From a virus: 64,000 nt of DNA. The notes beneath the pieces were generated by a model that saw nothing but the letters and a program-made list of their open reading frames with translations, made no database searches and was not told the origin of the DNA. The stretch is from positions 1-64,000 of IMG/VR virus record IMGVR_UViG_3300017792_000017; one strand, given 5' to 3'. The number at the start of each line of letters is the position of its first letter. Position 1 is the first letter of the stretch. Both the position numbers and the translations under genes were made by a program. Below, piece by piece: positions 37,640 through 46,970 of the stretch.

Positions 37640-38398
37640 TTATACACCAATTGCAAGCCAGGAGCACCCTGTCGTACCGGCACCTGCAGAAGGTACCGTT
37701 AATTTAAATTGGGAAGTGCTGATAGCCTGGATACCTATACCAACGCTATTCGTTGTAAGTGAAAGGTTAAAACCCAAGCTTGCATAAGTAGCCAAACAGC
37801 TATTTGGAAACGTCATCGCAAAATTGCTAGTTGTAGTTGTCTGGGCGGTATAGTTTCCATTTCCCCATTGTAAAATAACTCCACTTGGTAATTTTTGAAA
37901 GCCAGCTGTTGACAAAAGTGAGGTACTAAACATAGCATTTTGACTCAAAATACGAGGAGTATTTCCAATTACAACCCATGAAGTTGGACCTACAACGATA
38001 GCAGTTAAATACTCGTCCACGCCCATCAAGATACTTGTATTAGGATTATTAGCTCCTACTAAGGTATCGCCAGCAAACGTTGCTACAGTCAATGCAGTAG
38101 CACCACCTGCAGCAGAAATAGTGATCTGAGAGCCAATTGCCATTGTACTAACTTGTGGCAAAGTAATTGTTAATGTAGTTCCAGCGCATGTAATGAAAAA
38201 ACCGGCATGGGCCGCAGTAAGCGCTGTATTTACCCCTAAGCTCAAATACCCTGAAAAATTTCCAAGTGCTCGTTGCACAAAACCCGTTGTTGACAAATTT
38301 GTACCATTGTCAAACTGCGGAGGAGTAGTTGTTGTGACGTAAGTTGACCCTGCAGTAAGCAGATCAGTCAAATTACCTAAATTTCTTGTACGTGCCAT
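37640..38398 (-). CDS. Tail fibre protein
   Basis: PPQFDN..STTGFVQRALGN; C-terminal GFQKLPSGVILQWG. Confidence 0.75.
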   Translation of the reverse strand: MARTRNLGNLTDLLTAGSTYVTTTTPPQFDNGTNLSTTGFVQRALGNFSGYLSLGVNTALTAAHAGFFITCAGTTLTITLPQVSTMAIGSQITISAAGGATALTVATFAGDTLVGANNPNTSILMGVDEYLTAIVVGPTSWVVIGNTPRILSQNAMFSTSLLSTAGFQKLPSGVILQWGNGNYTAQTTTTSNFAMTFPNSCLATYASLGFNLSLTTNSVGIGIQAISTSQFKLTVPSAGAGTTGCSWLAIGV

Positions 38399-38411
38399 TT
38401 TTATTTATTCC

Positions 38412-39452
38412 TTAGTTACCAATTGCAACAACGAAGTAAGCAGTAGCGGTACTTCCAGTAGTAGGGTTACCTACGGTACAGTTGGTAGTTGACTTATTAA
38501 AAACTTCAGGAGCTGCATAATTTCCAGCCGCGCCAAACGCAGTAGCAGTTACTCCGATACATTGTGTTGGAAAAGTAATAGGGAAGGTTACTACTGTGGT
38601 AGTATTAAACGCTACTGCTGCGCTATAACCCCACTGCATTACAAATCCACTAGGAAGTTTTTGGAAACCGTTGTTTGAAAAATTTGGAAGAAACGAACCA
38701 GATAAGCCAATCTGAACTGATCCACCTACAACGTACCACTGCCCAGTACCCATGTACACCAAAGTTGCTGAATCTCCAGCGTTTAAAACGATAGAGTTAA
38801 CGTTATTTGAAAAGTTCGTAGAAATAACGTCTGAGCCCTGCCGTTGAATAATGTTAGTACCTCCGCCACTAACAAATTCTACTCTAGTACCAATAACTGC
38901 ACTAGTAGTAGCAGGAAGAGTTACCGTTATATTGTTACCTTGAATGTTACAAATCGATCCTGCAACTTGCGCTACAGTGAGGGTAGTGTTTGAAGAAACT
39001 CCAAAATTTGCGGAGTATTGTAATCCAAACTGTCTAACCCAAGCTGTACTTGCATTACGAATAGTACTATCAAATTGAGGTGCAGTCGTAGTTCTAGAAG
39101 CGCTCTCCAATGCTACAATCCATGACGTAACCATGTTTTGAACAAGAATACGTTCACCGGGAAGAATAGAAAATGAAGTAAAGCTTGAACCAAGCAGAAG
39201 TGCAGTGTCTGAACCAGCGCAGTTTACTGTGCAAAGAGCAGAGCTACTATTGAAAATGCTGTATGACTTGGATGGGAAATTCACACCATCAAGTGAAGGA
39301 AGCGTGATTGTATAACCGCCAGCACCAGTAATCATGAACTGTTTGTCATACGTAGCTGCACCAACGCCAAGGGTAGTGTTCCCGACGATTGTGACTACTG
39401 CTTGCTGATTAGGAGGAGATACTGGGTAAAGAGGTAGACCAAAATAGCTCAT
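38412..39452 (-). CDS. Tail fibre protein
   Basis: APQFDS..ASTAWV; GFQKLPSGFVMQWG...FPITFP. Confidence 0.75.
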   Translation of the reverse strand: MSYFGLPLYPVSPPNQQAVVTIVGNTTLGVGAATYDKQFMITGAGGYTITLPSLDGVNFPSKSYSIFNSSSALCTVNCAGSDTALLLGSSFTSFSILPGERILVQNMVTSWIVALESASRTTTAPQFDSTIRNASTAWVRQFGLQYSANFGVSSNTTLTVAQVAGSICNIQGNNITVTLPATTSAVIGTRVEFVSGGGTNIIQRQGSDVISTNFSNNVNSIVLNAGDSATLVYMGTGQWYVVGGSVQIGLSGSFLPNFSNNGFQKLPSGFVMQWGYSAAVAFNTTTVVTFPITFPTQCIGVTATAFGAAGNYAAPEVFNKSTTNCTVGNPTTGSTATAYFVVAIGN

Positions 39453-39481
39453 AGTTTATAGTTTCTAAAAACTACGAGCAA

Positions 39482-40314
39482 TCATTGTGTACTCGTAGTT
39501 GAATGTTCTTTCTCAATGAATTTTAATACTTTCTCTTGAGTTAGACTTGTGCCTGAGCCAACTATATTGAATAGATAGTAAGCTGTTCCCCAAAGCATGA
39601 ATACTAAAACTGATAGATGGAGAAGTAACTCGCTCGGCTGAACCACTTTGTAGCCCAGAATACCTAAACAGTAAGCATTGCTGAAAGCTGAGATGGAGAG
39701 AAGTATTAGAATGTATCGAAGAGACGTGAACCACTTGTTCTTGATATTCTTGTTCTTAATTACAAACGCAAAAAAGAAACCACAGAAACCCATCCCTATT
39801 GAAATAAGGAAATTAAGAACAAGCGGTATATTTACATCAGCAAGCAGGTTTAAAAAAGTCGAGATCATTTGTTTTCCTCAAATGGCCCACCTTGAGAAGG
39901 AAGAGACCGGCGATCTTCAATGACTATAGTCTCACGGATAACTTGCTTTTCATCGTCGCGTGAATCGCCGCCGATTACTCTGTTTACGATTTGATCTACT
40001 GCGTCTTCGCCTCGTTTGTCGATCCATCTTAGAACTGCTCTGATTACATATACACCAACGGCGCCTAAAGCCCAAGAGAGAGCAACTACACCCTCTGTCG
40101 AATGAACGTTAGCGTTATCTGCAATCCAAGGACCCATGAAAATAGCAAAGGATGAACCTACTATCGCCATGAATAAAGCGTTCTTGAAACTAGTCTTGTT
40201 TTGATCACTTAATGCAAGAATAGGAACGACAGAGCCAGATACACCCGCAAGGATGGACCATGCTTTAGCAATAGTAAAGATTGCCCCAGCAGATGTAGTG
40301 ACTGGCTCGGCCAT
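39482..40314 (-). CDS. Two membrane proteins (39865-40314 holin-like; 39482-39868 three TM)
   Basis: Multiple hydrophobic segments; overlapping ORFs. Confidence 0.5.
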
Positions 40315-40339
40315 AGAATATTCCCCTATTAATTTAGTA

Positions 40340-40855
40340 TTATGTCGAAGCTTCTACTTCGAATTTCTTTGCATTTTGTAACTGGTCTGTAACAGCGCCT
40401 GGCCAAGGAATAGATGGTAACCCTACTGGGTTCCAACCACATAGTTTATATATGGTCGCTGATAGTGCGCTGCAGACTAGGTCGGCTCCATCAGATTGTG
40501 GGAGAGGGATGCCGAACACTTTGTAACCAAAGATACGAGCTAAATCAATAAAACCATAAGGGATTCTTGAACCAAGCTCGGACCAAATTACAGCCTCGCA
40601 CTTGTCACGGTCAACTGGACACTCAAAAACATCAAAGTCGTATTCCGCTTCTTGTGAAAGGGGAACGACGTTGCAGCCTCCAGCGTTTGTCTGAGCTAAC
40701 AGCAAACGACCACCTGCCCAAATTGCAATGCCCGTATGTGTGTACGGGCTATTCGTTACAATTCGGGTCGCAATGGGCAAGAACTGGAATTTCTTATTTC
40801 TTACAGCGATAAGATCGCCAGTCTTGATAGAATTGCGTACATCATCGTACTTCAT
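40340..40855 (-). CDS. Permuted papain-like (YiiX/NlpC-P60) enzyme
   Basis: KTGDLI, YTHTGIA (His) preceding LVCSAL (Cys). Confidence 0.7.
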   Translation of the reverse strand: MKYDDVRNSIKTGDLIAVRNKKFQFLPIATRIVTNSPYTHTGIAIWAGGRLLLAQTNAGGCNVVPLSQEAEYDFDVFECPVDRDKCEAVIWSELGSRIPYGFIDLARIFGYKVFGIPLPQSDGADLVCSALSATIYKLCGWNPVGLPSIPWPGAVTDQLQNAKKFEVEAST

Positions 40856-40868
40856 TTAAAACTCCGGG

Positions 40869-41465
40869 TTATTCGACCGAAGCTGAGCCTGCTTGTGCTT
40901 CAATTTGTGCAAACGCAGCCTGAGCCGTGCTTACAGCTGAGTTAACAGCATCTACCGTAGTTGCCGTACTCACTGCAACCTTTGCTGTACGACGTGCTGT
41001 TTCGATTGCTGCTGCAAGATTGCACCACAGATCGTACTGGGCAAGAATATCGTCACAAGCAGCCTGTGCTGACTTATCAGTAGCCGTAGCTTCTGACTGT
41101 ACTAGGCCTGGAACTGTGCCGGTGTAGTTAGCAGCCTTGAACGCTGCAGCTTGATTTTGCTTAAGCAGATATGTTGCAACTTGACCTGAGTTAGCCGTGA
41201 TGAACTTTCCACGAAGCACTTCTGCAGCGTCGTCAAGAGCTGCTAGTGAGCGTGCTTGAACATCAGCAAGTGGAGGAGCAGGAGGATCTACTAGAATAGG
41301 GTTGCCATTAGCATCAGCCGTAATTAGCTTGCCTGCAGATTGACCTGTAAGCAGCGCTTGATGTTGTACTTCAGTAATCGCTACTGCGTCTGAAGGAATT
41401 TGTGCAGCCGTGTGGATTGAATCATCGTAGAATCCACCAGTTGACTTTGAATAAAAAAGTGCCAT
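40869..41465 (-). CDS. Tail fibre assembly chaperone
   Basis: FYSKSTGGFY...IPSDAVAIT...LLTGQSAGKLI...GNPILVDPP. Confidence 0.8.
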   Translation of the reverse strand: MALFYSKSTGGFYDDSIHTAAQIPSDAVAITEVQHQALLTGQSAGKLITADANGNPILVDPPAPPLADVQARSLAALDDAAEVLRGKFITANSGQVATYLLKQNQAAAFKAANYTGTVPGLVQSEATATDKSAQAACDDILAQYDLWCNLAAAIETARRTAKVAVSTATTVDAVNSAVSTAQAAFAQIEAQAGSASVE

Positions 41466-41501
41466 TTGTTTGCCTTGTTAATTACTATGTGATTTTAATT
41501 C

Positions 41502-42755
41502 TTAATAACCGATTGCCATCCAAGAATACTGTCCAGTTAGCGTGGAGTTATTTCTTAGTGTAAATGTAGCGTTGTTAATTGCTTGCCAACCTCCACTAAA
41601 CGGAACTGTACCGTTTGCAGAAGACTGAGATGTAATCATTACTTGTAGAATGTTTGCAGGCATGGCTACAGGAAGGGTTACAGTTATACTTGTTCCTGTT
41701 GTTATGGAAGCTGTTGTACCCCACTGCATTATCATTCCACTTGGAAGTCTTTGAAGGCCATTGGTGAGTAGGGAAGATGAACCGCCACCACCTACAAGAT
41801 TCCAACTACCTCCATCTGAAATACATTCTACTGATACTCCTGTTTGCAGCACAAAAGTGGTTGAACCTGCACCTGAAGCCCAAGGTTGTGAGAAATTAGA
41901 CGTTGAAGTCAAGGTTACCGGGAACGGAGAGGTATTAACCATCAAATAAGAAACTCCGGATACAATTCCAAAAGCTGTAACGTTAGGAACAGTTACCGTA
42001 ATGGGTCCAGTAGCTCCGAAAAAGGATATAAAGCTACCTACTTGAGCTGTTGTAAGAGTTTGAGTAGTATTAACGTTAACTACACCAGATCTATTGCCCA
42101 GAGCCCTCTGAACAAAAAATGAGTTTACATTTTGATTATTATTGGTAAACTGTGCAGGGGCAACGCTTGTAACCGCACCCTCTACAAGAACAAGCTTATC
42201 CAACGTTTGATTATAACGAAGTGTAATCTCAGAACCAGCTACCCAATCGTTTCCAAACAATGCAATTGCAGCGCTATTGAAAACAATAGTCTTCGCTGGA
42301 AGTCCGTTAATAGCAATAGTAGGCGTAGTCGAAGCATTAGCTGCAACTGCACGAACCTTAATTTCCATGCCATCCAGATACGCTGCAAAAGTAGGAACTG
42401 TAGTTACGACTTGAGCGTTGCCCGTACCGGTTGCGATACCATAGAAGTTACCAGCAAGGTTATCTACTTGCTGCTTCGTGTAAATGTTTGATACTTGTAC
42501 TTGTGAACGTGAGATAACTTCAACAATATCCCCGTTAGCGAATGCTCCAGAAGCAAGTACAATGTTTGCTCCGTCAGTGCCGGTAAACTCAGAAAAAGGG
42601 TCGAGTTTAGCCCCGTTGTAGAAAACGTCAACGTTGCCTGGAGAATACGGAGCTGAAAATGTAGTTTGACCAGCAGTTGCAGTAAGCCGAGTACGAAGCT
42701 CTTGCTCTCTGTAGTCTGCCGGTGGTACACCGAAATATTCTAAATCGACTGCCAT
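41502..42755 (-). CDS. Tail fibre protein
   Basis: TATAGQTTF N-domain; APAQF..FVQRALGN; GLQRLPSGMIMQWG. Confidence 0.78.
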   Translation of the reverse strand: MAVDLEYFGVPPADYREQELRTRLTATAGQTTFSAPYSPGNVDVFYNGAKLDPFSEFTGTDGANIVLASGAFANGDIVEVISRSQVQVSNIYTKQQVDNLAGNFYGIATGTGNAQVVTTVPTFAAYLDGMEIKVRAVAANASTTPTIAINGLPAKTIVFNSAAIALFGNDWVAGSEITLRYNQTLDKLVLVEGAVTSVAPAQFTNNNQNVNSFFVQRALGNRSGVVNVNTTQTLTTAQVGSFISFFGATGPITVTVPNVTAFGIVSGVSYLMVNTSPFPVTLTSTSNFSQPWASGAGSTTFVLQTGVSVECISDGGSWNLVGGGGSSSLLTNGLQRLPSGMIMQWGTTASITTGTSITVTLPVAMPANILQVMITSQSSANGTVPFSGGWQAINNATFTLRNNSTLTGQYSWMAIGY

Positions 42756-43097
42756 TGTTTACCTTATGAAAGTTCTAGTACGCTAAGACTTACACCAATC
42801 ATTGCTGCTGTATCAGCAGTAGCATATAGTGACTCGCCAGCGTTCATTACAATTTTAGGTGACTTGGAAGCACTACCGTACGGAATAGGAACACTATTTA
42901 GTTCATAGTTGAACGTAACACCATCATATTTGAACAGTGTCAAATAGTGCATTAGCTTATTGGTTGCATCCAGGTTGGGGAATGTACCGCTGAATACAAT
43001 AGCTGTAGTACCAGCTGGGACTGGCCCATAAATAAGCGTGTTTGAAGTGCCTAGTGTAAGACCGTTTGTAGAGTGTTTAAAATTCTGTGCCATTTAA

Positions 43098-43874
43098 TTA
43101 AGAACCAAGAAGGATTGCGTAGATAAGACCATTATTTGCAGCGATGTTCAGTGCGTTCAAATTAGAAACTTCACTTTGATAGACTTGGTAGCTATCAGAT
43201 GCAGCAGGTGCAAATGGAAGAGCCGTAGCCCAGTTTATAGTGTTGCCTGAAATCGAAGTAATAGCCCTGACCAAGCCTTTATTCTGACCAGTCATGAACT
43301 GAATAATGTACTTTCCTGCAAACGGTAGAGGTATAATAGTTGCGGCGTTCGTAACTGAAATTGAAATAGTAGTTCCAACGCCTGCTAGAGTACCTGAAGT
43401 AAGAACGGTAGGGTAATTCGTAAAACTCCATACACCGCTTGCACTTCCTGAATATGCTAGTATGTAGTTACCACCGTCATCAGTACTCTGAGTGACGTAG
43501 CTGTTCGAGTCAGAAGCTCCGGGAGCTGACAAGGAGTCAAGGTTAGTGATAGGTGCAACACGGTCTTGGAGACGTGCAAACGACTCGTAAGTACCGGCAG
43601 TTGCACGGTTTTCAATACGAGTACCGGCCTGGTATGTGCCTGCTACCCCTTCAAAACCACGAACGCAGTTAATAAAGCTATTTCCGCTTACGCCATTTAC
43701 CTGAATAACTTCTTGAGTTGATCCGGTATCGATGGTTGCTAAGAAGTGTTGACCAGCAGTAGGCTGTGGAAACAGCGAAGCATTCGCTACTTGAATTGTT
43801 GTGTCGCCAGGCTGAACTGAAGACGCAAGAGTCGTCTTAGCGTTGTTGGCGTATAATCTTGTGCTTGTGGTCAT
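43098..43874 (-). CDS. Virion structural protein
   Basis: ANNAKTTLAS...VRGFEG...IENRATAG. Confidence 0.6.
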   Translation of the reverse strand: MTTSTRLYANNAKTTLASSVQPGDTTIQVANASLFPQPTAGQHFLATIDTGSTQEVIQVNGVSGNSFINCVRGFEGVAGTYQAGTRIENRATAGTYESFARLQDRVAPITNLDSLSAPGASDSNSYVTQSTDDGGNYILAYSGSASGVWSFTNYPTVLTSGTLAGVGTTISISVTNAATIIPLPFAGKYIIQFMTGQNKGLVRAITSISGNTINWATALPFAPAASDSYQVYQSEVSNLNALNIAANNGLIYAILLGS

Positions 43875-44251
43875 ATTTAGGCAATAGTAATAACTTTAGT
43901 CGTGGTAGCAGCCAGTTTCATAGCGGCGCTTAGGTTTGTTACGCCTTGTGTAATCGCTGCGATAACAGAGGCTGAATCATCGTTGACGCTCAGTGTAATT
44001 TTAGCCTGATTGAACCTGACGAATGCATTTCCGAACTTAGGAATAGCAGTTCCCGTGAAAATCTGAAAACGTGTCATTTCCTCGACATTAGCTACGCCGT
44101 AGTAATCTCCAAGCGCATTCGTTCCAGTGTTTTTATACAGGAAAATATTTTGTGGCAAGAAACCATTGGGAAGAATAAGAGCGGTGACAGTAATTTTATC
44201 ACCTTCTAGTTGAGTGGTTACTTGGAGTTGCGAAGTAGTCGTTGGCATAGC

Positions 44252-44764
44252 TTAAGACATCTGGATGGTCCACTCGAAGTGGATTGAGAACTCGCTAGTC
44301 TTCGGGATGCCAGGAAATGTCTTGATATTAAACATCGTTGCACTGGCCTTATACAGACCTGCTTCTGTGATCAACTGACCGTTAGCAGTGCCTTGGTCAA
44401 CGTCCGCAATGAACGTAACTGAAGGTGCAGCATTGTTAATGGTAAACGATGTAGCAACGTCAAGAAGCGGAGTGAATAGCGAAGACATAGCTTGACTGAT
44501 AGGCTTCGGAAATAGACCTTGTGGGTCGATACATCCACCAGTGCCGATCTTCAGATTAATGATTGGATCAGACAACTGATTAGCTACGTACAGGCTACTC
44601 AGAAGAACTTGCTTAGCCGTGAGCACGATAAGATTTTTCTTTTCAAAAGCCAGTTCTTTACGGCCATCAGGATACCACTTCTCTACTCTTAAAACGCCTT
44701 CAAGCGGAATAAGATTGACCATCTTGAGAAAGCGTTTAACGAAGCGATTAATAAGGTCTTTCAT
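44252..44764 (-). CDS. Baseplate/tail-fibre-collar-like protein
   Basis: KNLIV, IGTGG, ITEAGLY, IPKTSEFSIHFEWTI. Confidence 0.6.
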   Translation of the reverse strand: MKDLINRFVKRFLKMVNLIPLEGVLRVEKWYPDGRKELAFEKKNLIVLTAKQVLLSSLYVANQLSDPIINLKIGTGGCIDPQGLFPKPISQAMSSLFTPLLDVATSFTINNAAPSVTFIADVDQGTANGQLITEAGLYKASATMFNIKTFPGIPKTSEFSIHFEWTIQMS

Positions 44765-44766
44765 GT

Positions 44767-46968
44767 TTAGCTGAGTTCTTGTGCATGGGTGATAACTGTA
44801 CCACCTCTGGTAATTGTAACTGACGAGTTGTATTTGTCCGAATAAGTGTTCGGAGTTATAGAGTTATTATAGCCGGATTCTTCATTAATCGCAGTGCCGT
44901 CAATACTAGAATCACCAGTATAGTTAAGGTCTGCGCCGCGCAAAGTATAATGCGGAGTTCCAATTGCTTGGTGTCCACGAGTCAACGGCATATCGTAACT
45001 AATAACAGCTCTATCCATTTCTTCTACTGGGAAGTACTGAGGAGATTCAATCGAAGCATTCTCTGTGACCCAATAAATTCCAACTGTATCTTCTAGAATA
45101 CGAACACCCATCAAATAGTCTGCTAATCCAACGTCTGCCGGAGTAGGTGCATACGTTGCTTGCATTCCAAGATCAGGAATCAATGCTCCCAGATAACCTA
45201 CGTTTGTGCCACGGAAAAACAAAGTGTTAAAAAACGTTACAAGCGGGTTTATTGTAAAAGACGATCCGCTATCATTAATCGCCGCCACGTTAATTGCAAG
45301 GCCAGAATTAGAAGGGTTGAAAATGGAAAACACCCACTGACCAGTAGGCGGAACGTCTGTGCCTACAGATAAGCATTTAGCAGCAATGTCGTATTGCTTG
45401 GTAATGTAAAGCGGAACAACCTTCATACCGGCAGGGATGTCGTACCAAGTTACGGCTTTGCCATTAGCAACTGTCAAGTCACCACGACTACGGTTGAACG
45501 CTACTTTGTCACGGCGAATCTGAGTCTGGTCATGTCCACGTTGGAACATAGCAGTAAGCCAAGATGTTTCCTGCGTTGTATTTGCACGGAACTGAGCCTG
45601 AGGGTTGATAAACCCTGATAGTGAACCGCCGTTTACAGTAGTCTGATTTCCGTTTATAAGCTCGTCAGTACCTAGAATCTTTGTGACCCACATTGGTACG
45701 TTAGAGCGAATGAACGTAGGGCAACCACGCTTAATAGGGTCGTCAGTATTATCCCTGCGCATACGAGCGATAGGATATTGAATCTTTTCACAACGGCTAG
45801 GATCAACACGGTACGTAGACAGATCATCGCTTAGAGTAAGCTCTTCTGTCATCGCAGTAATAGACCAAACGTAAATCGGCTGAGTGTACGTAGGTTTTAC
45901 TTTGTTAATAATGTCCGATAACTGCTGGAACGTTTGAATATTTTTAAACGAGTCTACCTTCACGTTTACTAGAAACGTGTGTTTCTTTAGGTAGTTGCGC
46001 ATTAGATAGTCGAAGTGACTACCTTCAGTTGCAAATCTATCCTTCTGACCAGCCGGTAGTTCAGGAATGATTGAAGCTGGAATCTGTAAATTAAGCCACC
46101 ACTCTCCATCACTCAGGTAATCCTGAATCTCAACCCATTGAGCTAACTCTTGACCTGTAACGATGCTGTCGCCAGGAACAACGTTAGGAACAACACCAAA
46201 AGGAATTAGATATTGGTTCTGGTCAGTAATAACGATGTACTGGTCAGTCTCAAGATAGTTACGAACATCAAGAACAGTCTCATTTGCACGAGCCAAAGGC
46301 ATGCCAAGAACAAGGTTTAATCCCTTGCGAACTAAATCAAGAGTAGGGCCATTAACGTATACGTAGTATAGGCCGTAAACGAAGTTGTAGAATGCATCAG
46401 TTGAACTCTCAGGATCAACGCCAATCAAATCACCGAACATCGTTGAGATAAGGTTTTCATCGATTGTTGCATCTACGAACCACATTGCATACTGACGAAC
46501 GCCATTGACATCTGTGTTAGATGAAAAGCCCTTATCTGAAATGTCAGCAGCAAAGCGAACATTCATAGTTCCGTCAAGTGCTGTTTCTAGATGATAGTCA
46601 ACGTCTTCCTCAAGAATTACCGTGGGAAGAAATGGACGGTTAGCAATGTATCGACTTGAGGTAATTGCCTTGCCGACCTTGTACGTGTTTACTTGGCCTT
46701 GCACTGCGTTGGATGCAGGAAGAATAACAAGCTCAATAGATGAGCCAATAGTTTCCTGAATCGTTGCAAGGCTAATTGACGAGGTAAGCTGCAAGAACTT
46801 GCTGTAAGTTTCTGCAGCCCCTTCTGTGCCAGCTTCAAGGATAAGGTTCATACGGTCTGTATCCTCGAACAGAACCGTGAAGAAATCTGAAATACCATAT
46901 AGGTACGTCATATTCGTTAGGTTCTGCCCGATGTTCAGGCCGTTTTCAGTGAAGTTAGCACGAGTCAT
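44767..46968 (-). CDS. Baseplate structural protein
   Basis: 733 aa after the J-like gene; GPTLDLVRKGLN, KVKPTYT. Confidence 0.55.
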   Translation of the reverse strand: MTRANFTENGLNIGQNLTNMTYLYGISDFFTVLFEDTDRMNLILEAGTEGAAETYSKFLQLTSSISLATIQETIGSSIELVILPASNAVQGQVNTYKVGKAITSSRYIANRPFLPTVILEEDVDYHLETALDGTMNVRFAADISDKGFSSNTDVNGVRQYAMWFVDATIDENLISTMFGDLIGVDPESSTDAFYNFVYGLYYVYVNGPTLDLVRKGLNLVLGMPLARANETVLDVRNYLETDQYIVITDQNQYLIPFGVVPNVVPGDSIVTGQELAQWVEIQDYLSDGEWWLNLQIPASIIPELPAGQKDRFATEGSHFDYLMRNYLKKHTFLVNVKVDSFKNIQTFQQLSDIINKVKPTYTQPIYVWSITAMTEELTLSDDLSTYRVDPSRCEKIQYPIARMRRDNTDDPIKRGCPTFIRSNVPMWVTKILGTDELINGNQTTVNGGSLSGFINPQAQFRANTTQETSWLTAMFQRGHDQTQIRRDKVAFNRSRGDLTVANGKAVTWYDIPAGMKVVPLYITKQYDIAAKCLSVGTDVPPTGQWVFSIFNPSNSGLAINVAAINDSGSSFTINPLVTFFNTLFFRGTNVGYLGALIPDLGMQATYAPTPADVGLADYLMGVRILEDTVGIYWVTENASIESPQYFPVEEMDRAVISYDMPLTRGHQAIGTPHYTLRGADLNYTGDSSIDGTAINEESGYNNSITPNTYSDKYNSSVTITRGGTVITHAQELS

Positions 46969-46970
46969 AG

